Translations under genes and position numbers: made by a program
Notes under the pieces: model-generated
What the model was told of the DNA's origin: nothing
Databases searched by the model: none
The model's input: only the letters and a program-made list of their open reading frames with translations
NCBI RefSeq assembly: GCF_009914755.1
Contig: NC_060929.1
Origin: the human T2T-CHM13v2.0 reference genome, Homo sapiens
Direction: 5' to 3' (one strand)
Length of the DNA: 64,000 bases
In this document: piece after piece, positions 27,056 through 40,570 of the stretch
Numbering within the stretch: position 1 is the first letter of the stretch
Layout of the letters: each line of letters opens with the position of its first letter

Positions 27056-27893
27056 AAGAGTTATCAATTTTAAGTCAAATTTATATTTCATAATCTTGTG
27101 GACCTACTATTCTATCACCATCCCTAGCTGTTATGCTTAGGTTATTTAACAAAGAAAAATAAGTCATCGGGAACTTGAAATATAATCGCCTGACAAGGTA
27201 TCCCTCTAAGTGATTAAATTTCTGTTTTATTAGGGTTCAAACAAGTGCTCGGTATTTGCCTTTATTTTCCAAGAAAATAAATCTATCTCCAAATGCCACA
27301 GAGAGAAATTTATCTTTTCCTTTACTCATTGTATGCACTGATCTTGTGTTCAGATCTGATTACCCTTAACAGGCAGCCTCTATGTGCAGTAACTTGAGCT
27401 CTTTTCCTTAGTTTCTCCTTTACCAGTAACTCCCTGGTTGTTTTTACTTTCGTAACTACCTTTCCGGTCAAAGTACTGCATCTCTTTCTGTAAGATGATG
27501 GCTTCAGATCACCTTCTCATTTTTCTCACGTTTATTTTCAAATGTGTCTCCACACAAGCCCAGCCTGTCATAGACCATGTTTTACTGTTCTGAGTGACTT
27601 GACATTCCCTGACCAGACCATGCTGTCTGTCTCTCCATCAGGCTCCACACTGTTCCCTGTGCTAGAACACTGTCATCCATAATGGTCTCCTAAAAACAGC
27701 CCCTTAATCCCCAAGATTAACTGGATGTCTCCCCGACCCACCTACCCAGGTCCTGGTCTCCTGGGTGGCCACTGCACAGATATACTGTACTGCAGTTGCC
27801 TGTTTATTTGGTTTTCCCTTCCATTGCTTGAAAATGCATAGTGGGAAGAACAGAGAATGGCTTCCATAAATAGTTTTTCTGTGTGTGTGTGTG

Positions 27894-28212
27894 TTTTGTT
27901 TTGTTTTTTGTTTTTTTTTTTTTTTTTTTTTTGAGACATAATCTCGCTCTTTTGCCCCGGCTAGAGTGCAGTGGTGCGATCTCTGCTCACTGCCAGCTCC
28001 TCCTCCCGGATTCACGCCTTTCTCCTGCCTCAGCCTCCTGAGTAGCTGGGACTACAGGTGCCCGCCACCACGCCCAGCTAATTTTTGTATTTTTAGTAGA
28101 GGCGGGATTTCACCGTGTTAGCCAGGATGGTCTTGATCTCCTGACCTTGTGATCTGCCTGCCTCGGCCTCCCTGATTGCTGGGATTACAGGCGTGAGCCA
28201 CCCTGCCCGGCC
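27894..28212 (-). mobile_element. AluY element
   Basis: ttcacgcc...caccgtgttagccaggatggtc diagnostics; degenerate TSD ccataaatagtttt (27864) / ccataagtactttt (28213). Confidence 0.93.
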
Positions 28213-28989
28213 CCATAAGTACTTTTAAAAGAAATAATGAAGTTCCTTTTAAAGTGTAAACCCCTTAGAACTGAGAATTAATTCTACAGTTAGCTAGTTA
28301 TAAAAGTCTAGAGAAAATGGAACATAAGACAGCCATATCTTTTGGCTTTGATTAGTAAAAAGAAATATATATGACTGTCACAGAAGATAGTCCTAAATGT
28401 GTAAGATGCTTCACAAAACAGAGATAAAGAGTATGTCCTGTCCTTAAAATTAAAATTTGGAAGGATTAATAGTGGCTCAACACACTAGAATGCTGCGTTA
28501 AGTAGCATGTGAAGTCTCATCCAAGCCCAATAAAATGAATAATTTGATCCATCAGCAAAGTGTGCTATGAATATCAAGCAGGGAAGGCCAGAGGTTTAGT
28601 GTCTAAAACTAAAGGGGTAAGTAAAGATGTAAAAGGAACACCCAAACGAAATCTCGGCTTATTTTACCTTATTTTTAAATCAGAGAATTGTGTACTTGAA
28701 AAGACCTCTTTCCACATCCCCAAGTCTTACTTTACAGATGAATCACCTTACTTTCAGCTGAAGCAGCTAAGGTTCTCAGAATAAGTATGCTGAGCATGTC
28801 TCTGCTGTAGCCAGATAGAACTAGAACAATGCCCTGCCCTGCTGATTATCTTTGTAAGAATTCTGAACCCTGCTGAGTTTATGGGGCAACATTCCTATGG
28901 CCTGACTTGCAGCTTAAGTGGCTTCTGAATCGAACATCCCTCCTCCAGTGGTTGAGAGACACAGACTGGCACTTAGTAACAATGCAGCA

Positions 28990-29230
28990 ATGATATATTT
29001 AGTATCAACCATGAGCCAGGCTTTTGCTGAACAGTTTACTATGCAGTAGGTTCCCCACAAGCCCCAACAATCCTATGTAGTAGAAAGTATTAGTTTCCCT
29101 AATATGCAAATGAGAAACCTGAGGCTTTAAAGATGAACTGACTTGGAAAAATCACATAGCTAGAAATGGAGAGAGCTGGACTTTGACCCAATCAGTCTGG
29201 CTCTGAATTCACTTCTGTAAATGCAATAAT
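28990..29230 (-). mobile_element. MIR SINE
   Basis: caacaatcctatgtagtag...gcaaatgagaaacctgaggctt...cacatagctagaaatggagagagctggactttgaccca. Confidence 0.8.
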
Positions 29231-29524
29231 ATATTGGGGTTCAGGGAAAATTTTTACATAGCACTTTTGAGGACATCTTGAGTTCTTCAGACCTCTTCAC
29301 AGACATGCCATATCATAGAAACAGAAAAAAATTTGCAAAGACACTTAGTGTCTCTGAAAAGATAGAACAGGCTTAAAGAGTACCTGACTCAAAAAATTTA
29401 CAAAATCCCACTGCTCCCTTGATAGAGAGATCAGATGGAACATGAAATAAAGTACTTCCTTTAAAGTCCTTTAAGAATTTAAATGTGAAGATAGAGGTCA
29501 TACATGATATACATTAAGATGAAA

Positions 29525-29840
29525 GTAATTAAGAGCTAGCATTCTCTGGGGACCTGCTAAGTACTAGGGGTTGGGCCAAGTGTTTTACAAACATTATCAC
29601 TCGAATCCCCACAACCCTTGGGCAGGGGCCTGCATGTTCAGGTTGTACACTGCAGAACTCCAAGGGGCACCATTCATTTAGACTAACATGCATGGTAGCT
29701 TTAGGTGGTGCAGTGGCCTGACCTATGAGATTGTTAAACGTTTAATGGTTAGTTCAGACTTCACATAGCCAGGAAGGGACTGAGCTGGGATTGGAACCCA
29801 GAACACTTTACTCACAGAGTCCTTGCTTCTCACTGCTCTT
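29525..29840 (-). mobile_element. MIR SINE interrupted by a MER91-like palindromic MITE (~29623-29730)
   Basis: MIR motifs on both sides; insert caggttgtacactgcagaactccaaggggcaccattcatttagacta resembles MER91A. Confidence 0.7.
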
Positions 29841-30176
29841 GGTATACCTATGCCCCTGTAAACATCCTCTCTCAGGGTAGAGAATCAGGCTAATTTAATC
29901 AGCATGGCCATGCTTTTCTGGGTTATATGAAATTATTCTCTGTAAGAATCTCAAAGCCAGCAGTTAATGATTTGGTACCATTATCAGTTGATTGTGGATA
30001 TCACAATTCGGTCCATCTTGAAGTGGTATGTTTTGATAAACTGATTCCATTTAAATGTGTATCGATTCTATGTTCAGTACCATTATCCTTCCTTTTAGTA
30101 TAACGTGCACTGAAAAAATAAAATTGCGTTCAGAAATAATACTTAGTTCAGCCCCAGTACACACAGTTGTTATATT

Positions 30177-30212
<36 letters not shown>

Positions 30213-30744
30213 CAAGTTTTTGGGGAACTCCAGGGAAAACAATATGTGAATTAATTTTAGTTTCAAAAGAACAGCAGGAATTATTCAGGTAAAAATATTT
30301 ATGTTAATATGCTACAACTGCCACATTTCATCTGTGTGACCACTAGTGCTTTCTAAACAGCTGCTAGAAAAATGTACACAAGAAATGTGTGAGGTCTATG
30401 GAAAATGTAATTTTTGTATTCTAGCTATTACATTTTTTCCCAGTCATTACATCTCCCCCAACTCTTGCAGGATGTGGGTTTTTTGCATAAGTTGCAAATT
30501 CACAGTTAAATGAGGCACCTTTTGGACTTGGCTAAATATGTATGAACATGAAGTTATGAATCTATGAACTGGTTTGAAAGGTAGAACCATGTGATGTTGG
30601 CATTATCGTCATGTTGGGTTTTGGGTGTTTGTTTTTTTTTTTACATCAGTTTAAAATTACTTTGCATGAAATTAGCATAGAGTAGCAATTACTCATTCTT
30701 ACTCTGTATACCTTCTCACGTTCCAGTGAGAAGAAGAAAACAAC

Positions 30745-30990
30745 ATAGGTTCGTGACATGTAATATTTGAGACCATTGACTTTGCTTCTCACTAACTGCA
30801 TGTGATAATTTGGGCAGGTCACTGAAGCTCTGGTTCTGTGTCTTACTTGAAAAATAGGAAGGATAATAAGCCCTCACCTCATAGATTGTTCTAAGGGTTC
30901 ATTAAATAGATACATACATACAATGTTTGGCAAAGTGCCTGATTCCTAGTTAGTGGAACTCTAAATTGTAGTTGTTATTACTGTATTGTA
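30745..30990 (+). mobile_element. MIR SINE
   Basis: ttgggcaggtcactgaagctct...cctcatagattgttctaagggttcatt...aaagtgcctga. Confidence 0.75.
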
Positions 30991-31753
30991 TTATTCTCTG
31001 GTCTGCATTGGGAAAGGATCTGCCTGCATTGCTGTATAAGTATTTTGTTATTTTAATGATAGTTTCTAACTTTTCAGGTGACCTTTCCTTATTGATATTT
31101 ATGTTCATGTTGTGATAAACTGGAACTATACTAAAAGTAAATATGTCTCTTTAAATGTTATTTTCTATCAGTTCCTTCTAGAGAATATTTGTTTTGGCAA
31201 GTAGAGGTATATCCTGCTTTAATCAACCCATCAGGCTTATTCAATTCAAGGAATTTTCAACCATTTTGAAGATTGCAAAAGCTATTGAGAACTATAAAAT
31301 GTGTTCCCTGCCTTTGAAAAGATCTGGAAAAGGATTATTGACATCTTTTTATACAGAAGAGGAAACACTCTGAAACGCCAAAGAAAGGTTTACATCAAAT
31401 ATAATAACTGATGACATGCTGATTTAAGCATTTAATGAGCAAATCCTATTAACTCTGCCCACCCATTCATTCAGTTACACAAATGAAATAACATCTGAAC
31501 TTCCATGCATGGGTGACCAAATCCCATACACAAGGTAATGAAGGATAGAGCTGCTTGGGTTTTACTATCATGTCTTTCCATGGGAAAGTTCTGCCTTTCA
31601 CGTGTGTCTAGGTGCTCTCTTTATTAGCTGAATTCATCTCTGTCTTGCCAACACACTTGCTTATACACTGATGCTATGATTTGGGTCTTGTGTGTCTCTA
31701 TGGGGCCAGATTACTCATAGAATTTCACTTTGTTTTAATAAAGAAAGGGCTAA

Positions 31754-32201
<448 letters not shown>

Positions 32202-32406
32202 ACTTTTTTATTTTCTTCAAAAGTCCTTGCTTACACACACAACCTCTCTCCCTCTGTCTCCCTCTTGCTCTATTTCTGTCTTGTTCTTGATTTCTCTCTT
32301 TCACATATGCACAGGCAGAGGCACTCATACCTACATTCATATAGACCTTTTAGTCTTTCTTCTCATAGTATTATTCCATATGCCACAATTGCCTCGGCTA
32401 CAACTA

Positions 32407-32793
<387 letters not shown>

Positions 32794-35210
32794 CTACATT
32801 AACTCCTGATTTAAGCAGCAAATGAATTGGGTGTGAGTCTTACTTGTTAAACAAAGAAGACTCTCCGTAGGATTACTTTATATCATTTAGAAAAAGACAG
32901 TTTTTATTTTTTTCTGGAAATGTACGGTAGAACCCAAGAAGTAGTACACTAAATTAGTACTAGTCTTCAAAAATGTATAGTCTCATTGATGTACTGATTT
33001 CAGAAAAACTACGTCAGCAACTTAGGTCTTTTCGTGTGATGTAGCAATTAGTTTTCTGCTAGGCTGATAGAAGAAAGTAAAAAGAGGCAAGGATTTGTTC
33101 CTCAAATTATTGTGCTTAGGTGTTTTGTTGTGCTTCAAAAGTTTGTGCTTTGGTTTTTGTGGTTATTTAACCCCTCTTTCCAGCCCCCTTTCTTAACCTG
33201 AAGAAGAGGTGGAAGGAATAGAGAGGAACAAGGAAGGAATCAAGCTTTTGTCTTAATAAGAGAAGAAATTCTTTGAGGGTGCAAAATTATTTCTAGGTAG
33301 TTCTGAACTTGGTTTCCTCAGAGAACTGTGTGGTGGAAATTGGCCGTGGTACAAGCCTATGTTGGATTACCTTGCTTAAAGCTTTTAATCACTCATTTGA
33401 GTTCCACCTTGGTATGGGATATTGAGAGGTAGCTGGAGGGAGGATGCATCTTCTCCACTTACCTTCATGAGGCCACCCAATCAGTCTTTTCACACTCTGG
33501 GTCCCTGTCTGAACAGAGGACTTTTATTTGTCAATACAGATAATTCCTCTGGGTGTAATCTTAGCCTATACTTTAATTTCAACTTTAAGAATTTTGTTTT
33601 TCTGAGAGCTACAACCATGGCACATCTTATCCAACAGGAGCCATTCCTACTCATTCATTTAATACAAACGCGTAAGACCAAAATCAGTGTGTTAGGTGAA
33701 GTCATTCCTTGTGAGGAAAAGTAAATGCCTCTGATAAAATAATGTTTCACCCTCCTGCTTCATCATAATTAAGAAGATAAAATGTATTCAAACAGAAGAC
33801 TTAAATACCAATATTAGGTGGCATGGGATTGAGTACAGAAATAGCAATGAAGGAAGAGGGCAGTACAGGCCAGAAAAAATCAAGGAAAAAGAAGGCTTTG
33901 AATAAGAACTGCACAGAGTGACTTTGAGTTGCAGTAACCTTATGTGGGTTAACTGGTTTTGCGTTTTTTGGCTGTGTTGATGGAGTTGAAAGAATCAGCC
34001 CTTTTTACTTGAGTACTTTAAATTTTTGTGCATTATCTTTAGGCTATGGTTCTTGATGTTGAAAGAAATATGATGTCTTCGAGGCTTTTCTCTAGGATGC
34101 CAAAGAGTGGCACCTTGGGTATAGGAAAAGAGCATGTGTTAGGTCTGCTGGAGTGTGTGTAATAGAGGTAGATGGAGCTGGAGTGTATTGATTCTTTATT
34201 TCTTGTCAGTCCTTGGCATGCATTATTGACAGTGGAGATTGAATACTTTGAAGTTGGTAAAAGTCACCATCAAGAAACTGTGTTGCTTTGAGTTTGCAGG
34301 AATAACTGAGGAGAGAAAGACAAACCCCTTGCTGTGCTCTGCCTACCCCTGGGCTTTTTGTGCACTGGATTATGAAAAGTGATAGAAGACTGGAACTTTT
34401 TATGGTAAATATCTAAAGGGAAAACTTTGTCCCTATAGTAACCCTTTTAGCAAATATGGTTGTCATGTTCCTGCTGCATATGACTGGGACTGTGCTGAGC
34501 TCAAACGAGGTGATCAGTTATTATCAACATATAACCAGCTAATGGATGAGCAAATATTTAAGGAAACAAAATAATTATCAAGATCTTGACTTCTTATATT
34601 CTTGGAAAGGTAGAGTAATTGATAGAAACCTGAGTGTGCCTGCACCACCCACACACCCTGCCCAGCTTGGTTGATCTGGATGGAACTTTAGAAGACGTTC
34701 TTTATGATTAACCTGTGGCTGTATTATTGGACTCCTCCTTACCAATTGTCTACCTTTGCTATCTATTTCTGAATATAGAGGTAAAAGAGGGTGTACAGTA
34801 AAGCTTTGTTATTTATTGGCTGTGGTGGGGAGGGGAAATAAGGATTATCATAACACTCAATTAGAGTTACATCCTGTTCAGGGCAGTTCTCCAAGTGCTC
34901 CCTCTGCTCCAAACTTAGTGATAATTTAGGCTTATAAAGCAAAGAGACATTATTAAAAATACATCAAGTTTCATCATTGACACTTCCTACCCTTTGACAA
35001 ATACTTCCCTGTTTCCCCTACTCCCCAGCCCCTGCAGTTTCCCATTCCTACTCTCTGCTTCTAGGAGTTTGACTATTTTAGATTTACCATATAGGTGGTA
35101 TCATGTAGCAGTTGTCCTTTATATCTGGCTTATTTCAGTTAGCATGATATTCTCCAGGTTTATCCATGCTGTTGCAAATGGCAGGAGTTCCTTCTTTTTC
35201 AAGGCTGGGT

Positions 35211-35722
35211 TATATATATATATATATATATTTATTTATTTATTTATTTACTTATTTATATTATATATTATATATATTTATATTATACAATATATATTTA
35301 TGCCAATAGATATACAGTGTGTGTATATATATAATTATACCAGTATATATGTATAATTATACCAGTATATATACCAGTATATAGATGGTGTGTATATATA
35401 GTTATACTATATATTATGCATAGTATAATCATATACTATATAATTATATAGTATGTAAAAATATATTATATTATTATATAGTATACTATATATTATTTAT
35501 GCTGTGATATATATTATGATAAGTATATATTATATATGTATCACAGTATATATAAGAAAATATATATTAGAAAATGTGATACAGTATATATAAGAAAATG
35601 TGATACAGTATATATAAGAAAATGTGATACTATATATATATATATAAGAAAATGTGACACTGTACATATATATAAGAAAATGTGATACTGTGTGTAGATA
35701 TATCTATATCTATATCTATATA
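35211..35722. repeat. AT-rich low-complexity tract with ~24-bp minisatellite (gtatatataagaaaatgtgataca)
   Basis: About six variant copies between ~35541 and 35690. Confidence 0.9.
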
Positions 35723-35971
35723 TCCATTCATCTGTCGTGGACATTTAAGTTGCCTCCATGTCTTAAACTATTGTAAATAATGCTGCAGTGAACATGGGAG
35801 CACAAATATCTCTTTAAGAGCTGGTTTTCAATTCCTTTGAATATTTACCCAGAGGTGGGATTGCTGAATCATATGGTAATTCTGTTTTTAATTTTTTGAG
35901 GAGTATCTATACTGTTTTCCATAATGGCTGAACCAATTTATATTCCCATCAATAGTGTTAAAGGGTTGCCC

Positions 35972-36327
<356 letters not shown>

Positions 36328-36729
36328 TCATAGTAGCCATCCTAACACATGGTAGGTGATATCTCAGTGTGGTTTTGATTTGTATTTCCATGATGATTAA
36401 TGATGCTGGGCACCTTGTCATATACCAGTTTTCCATTTGTATGTCTTCTTTGGAGAAATATCTATTCAGTTCCTTTGTTCATTTTTAAATCAGGTTGTTA
36501 TGGTTTTTGCTTGTTTTGCTGTTGAGTAATAGGAGTTCCTTATGTATTTTGGATATTAACCCTTTATCAGATATATGGTTTGCTAATATTTTCTTCCATT
36601 CCAAAGATAGCCTTCTTGTTTTCTTGTTTTCTTTGCTGCACAGAAGCTTTTTAGTCTGATATAATTTGACTTATCTATTTTTGCTTCTGTTGCCTGTGCT
36701 TTATTGTCATATACATGGAAACCATTTCC

Positions 36730-36862
36730 AATGTGTTTGTGGCATGGATCATAGTAATGGTTTCATGGGTGTATACTCATCTCCAAGCTCACCAAGTTGT
36801 ATATATTAAAGTTGTGCAGCTTTTTGGATGTCAGTTATACCTCAATAAAGTGGTTTTGAAAA
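36730..36862 (+). mobile_element. L1M extreme 3' end fragment
   Basis: atggtttcatgggtgtatac...caagttgtatatattaaa...tcagttatacctcaataaagtggtttt is an L1M terminus. Confidence 0.85.
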
Positions 36863-37609
36863 TGCACCAACAAAAACAGCATGAATTGTACATAGTATAA
36901 TTCTAGAAATCTTAGAACCCACTGCCTGAATGCCGTCTAGAATCCTAGCAAGTCTACCTTCTGTATTTCATTAGGCTGTGGTCTCAGATCCCGAACCAGA
37001 CTGAAGACACATAGAAACATCTGAACATCTGAAATCTGTACTGTCTCTTCAGTGGATTCTAAGCTGCCTCAGCTTTAATAAAGGTCTTTAAGTAACTCTA
37101 CTTAGTAGAGACTCTCCATCACTTAGAAGAATGGTGGCCAGAGGCATGTCAAAGTCAGAATATTAGGTATGGTTTACCAAGGTGAAAAGGAACGGTGTGG
37201 TGCTCGGAGTTTTCTGGTCCAAGCATTTGTTGGGTCAATGAATAAGAGCAGGGCTTACCTCTTGCCTTGCTATGTTTAAATTCATTGATATTGAGAGACA
37301 GTCCAGGGTTGGATAGACAAATCGATCTTATCTGAAATTCTGATTCCTATTGATTGGTAGAAGCTGCCTAAGATGTTGAGTTAAGAAGATTATAATGTCA
37401 TGACATCTGGACTCAGTACAAAGAAGAGTTATCACAACTGAAGAGTGTATGCTACGGGGAAGAAAGTGATGGAGAGAGAGAGAGAGAGAGAGAGTTAGAT
37501 GATAGGCTATATTATATATACATACCTTTTAGATACAAATATACTGTATTATCAAAATCATATATGCACTTTTAATATTGAGAGTGTCACTGTTAGGGTG
37601 AAACTGCAC

Positions 37610-38043
37610 CATATAGATGGCAGATACTGTCTACTTGCCCACCACATTATTCCCTTTCTTCTCAGGCAAACAAGGCAACTGGACTACAATTTCATCCTCT
37701 CTTGAAGCTAGACAGGGCCATATTCCTGAGTTCTAGCCAATGAGATATGTAGAAATGGCATTCCTCACTTGCAGACATGGAAAATAAATCTTTCCACATG
37801 TGAGTCCCAATTCTATTTCTCCATTCACTGGCAGAAGGGATGGAGAGGACTTGGGTAGAGGACCGAGGAGAGGGCAGCCACAAGGAGGAGCCTGAGTCCC
37901 TGAATGACTGTTTGGATTTGAGGCCTCCCCGCCAGCCTCTCCCCCTCTGCCTGCCAACCTGCATTGTCATACAGTGAAAAAGAACTATGCTTTTACCGTA
38001 CAGTGCCACAGAATTGGAGTTGTTTGCTCTAACTGACTAATAC
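37610..38043 (+). mobile_element. MLT1 (MaLR, J-like) solo LTR
   Basis: gagttctagccaatgagat...aggagcctgagtccctgaatgact...gagttgtttg...ctgactaata. Confidence 0.7.
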
Positions 38044-38769
38044 TATATATGTTAAAGTTTTTTTTATAAAAACATAAAGCACAATGGGAGTATATAAGAG
38101 ATTGTAATTATAAGGTAGCAAAAACACCATTTCTCTTTCTATACAAACCTATATTGTTATGTGTGCTAAGAAGTCTCCCCAAAGCATTCTTTCCCTTTTA
38201 TGAAATGGGCGAGTCTAGCACTTCCCTCCCCTCTGCATATATCACACAGATGCCTCAAACTGTCTATCCAATACAGTCCTACCTCATAATGACTGTCAGC
38301 ATCTAAATCCAAGTATAGTCACAGAAACTATGCCAGAGCTCTGGAGGAAGTCTCAGTGGTGGGCAGACAGGGGACACTTCTCCCCCACCGCCCCATCTGC
38401 AGCTGCGTGCATCCTCCACTGCATCAGTTTCCTGCTTTGTAGTCCTGTCTTTTCCAAGCTGAGTTCACTGCGTGGTCTTCTCTTATCCCCGGGTTATTTG
38501 ATCTTTTACTCTAATTTTCTCACCAGCACTTTTCTATTTAGTTTTTATAGAATTTATTTCTCCTTCCCTACATGTAATTTTTTGTATCTATCTTATTTGA
38601 ATTTCATTTCATGTAATCCCTCCAGTGCATCCAGGCCATTTTGGATTCTAAACGTGTTGTCTCTTCCCTGACAGCTGGGTATTCATTGTAGAGTACAAAT
38701 ATATACTTAGCTCTAATGTCCACAACACTTATAACAGTAAAACTAGAGTGAAAGTCAGAAGAAGAGATG

Positions 38770-39180
38770 GTGGCGGTCCAGAAGCCCAGTTCAACTGGTC
38801 TTTGCTCTTGCAACAGGGCAGCAGGAGTGAATGGAGAACTGACATTTAGGACAGGTTCTCTGTCTCTTTCTCAGGACAGCTTTGTCTCTGTATATCGTAC
38901 TCAATCTCCCCTCTCTTCAGACCCACATTCCTTGACCACACGAAAGAACATGGCTGTTGACACCCCAAAGTTTTACACCTTGTCTCTTCAAGAAAATGGC
39001 TCTTTTAGGAGTGGTTCAAAAAATGAGAGAGAAACCAAAAGCGAGAGTGAGAGTGAGAGAGCGTGGGAGGAAAGGCAAGAATGAGAGAGAGAAAGAGAGA
39101 GAGGGGGAGAGAGGAAGACTCTTTTTGGTTTAACTTGATCAACCATCTACATTTGGTCTAAAAAATTCTAGAAAAGAGAG
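38770..39180 (-). mobile_element. Probable old MLT1 (K/L-like) LTR with (GA)n tract
   Basis: ctctgtctctttctc...aacatggctg...gagagaggaagactct; weak similarity. Confidence 0.4.
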
Positions 39181-39499
39181 CAGAGTTTTGGAGTAAAAAT
39201 GAGGCTGTTGGGATCTCGAACTTCTGGATAAGTTGAGGGGAATCATTATAAATCAGGCACCACCCCCAAAAGATCTACTGGTGATGGTAGTAGAGAAATT
39301 AAAAGGTAGATAAACAAAGGAAGAAAAAGAAGTAATGATTTAACTTCCTTTGAACATAAAATTTACCAGTAACAATCACTCTTTGAGAAGAAGCATGTTG
39401 TTAACATATTCTGTTGGGTTCTGTTTGACTCTGTGGTGGTATGTGTGTGTATACATATGTACACACACATACAGGTATACACATGCATACACACACACA

Positions 39500-40570
39500 T
39501 ATTCAGTGAATACATACTATTTGACATGAATTACACCAGGTACTAAAGTAGCCCTTATTTTTAAGTGACTTTCGATTTCATGGGGGAAAAAACAACAACA
39601 CACAAACAGAGAAGTCACATTCTTATATCTGCTGGGCAGAGGAGCCCTGGGAGCACTTAAGTAACCTAGGAAAGGAGAATGACAGAAAGTCTTCCCAGAG
39701 GAACAAGTGCCTGAGCTGACTGTGAAAGGCTGAACAGGAAGGAGCCAGATGAACGACAAGAGAGCAGAACATTCAAGACAGAAGGGATAATGTGAATGAA
39801 GGTGTGACAATGAGAAATAGTATGGTGTCTTCTGGAAAGGGTCAGCCCAGACTTGCCATGACATAAATTAGGAAGTAAAACTAGGAAAGCAGTAGGGAAA
39901 GATGAAAGGGCAGATTTCAAAGAGCCTTTTTGGGCAGGTTAATAAATCCAGACATTAACCTGAGGGCATTGGGAAACCACTGAAAGGTTTTAAGCAAAGG
40001 AATGACACAGTCAAGCTTGTATCTACTACAGATCACTGTGGTATGACAGAAATGCACAAAACGGGTTTAAGATGAAGACAAGCTGGGAGACAGGGAGACT
40101 AGTTGAGTAGTTACTGCGGTAATCTAGGGCAAAGATGATGGAGAGCTAACTAAAGCAGAAATAGTAACAATACAGCTATCTATTATTCATGAATTCAACA
40201 AGTAGTCATTAACATGTCTTCTGTGTCCTACACTGTGCTAAGCATTTTACATGAATCATCTTACTGAATCCCCAGAGGCCTATGAAGCCAGGTACTGGAA
40301 TTGTTGGTGAGAAAAATGGGGCTCAGAGGGCTGAATTACCTGGCCAAAGGTTCAAAACTAACAAGGAACAAAGGCAGTATTCAAATCCAAGTCTGACAAC
40401 AAACTTTAGTAATCAACCACCAATCCAATAATAATAGCTATAAGCAGGAAGGAATACAGGTTAAAAATACATAGATGAAATTAGCCAGGCTAGGTGATTG
40501 ACTAACTTCCGGGAATATGGGAGAAGAAGGCACCAAGGATAATTCTCATATATCGAGTATGGGTGTCTGG
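39500..40570 (-). mobile_element. L2 LINE fragment with nested MIR (~40170-40430)
   Basis: cagaaagtcttcccagagga...gggaaaccactgaaaggttttaagcaaaggaatgacacagtca; MIR: ctgtgctaagcattttacatg...gggctcagaggg. Confidence 0.8.

Noticed and set aside
34994-35356. 120-aa ORF
   Set aside because: Antisense reading of L1 3' UTR plus TA repeat; no intact L1 ORF2.
35541-35690. Regularly spaced ~24-bp repeats superficially like a CRISPR array
   Set aside because: No unique spacers, AT-rich minisatellite inside a mammalian L1, no cas genes.
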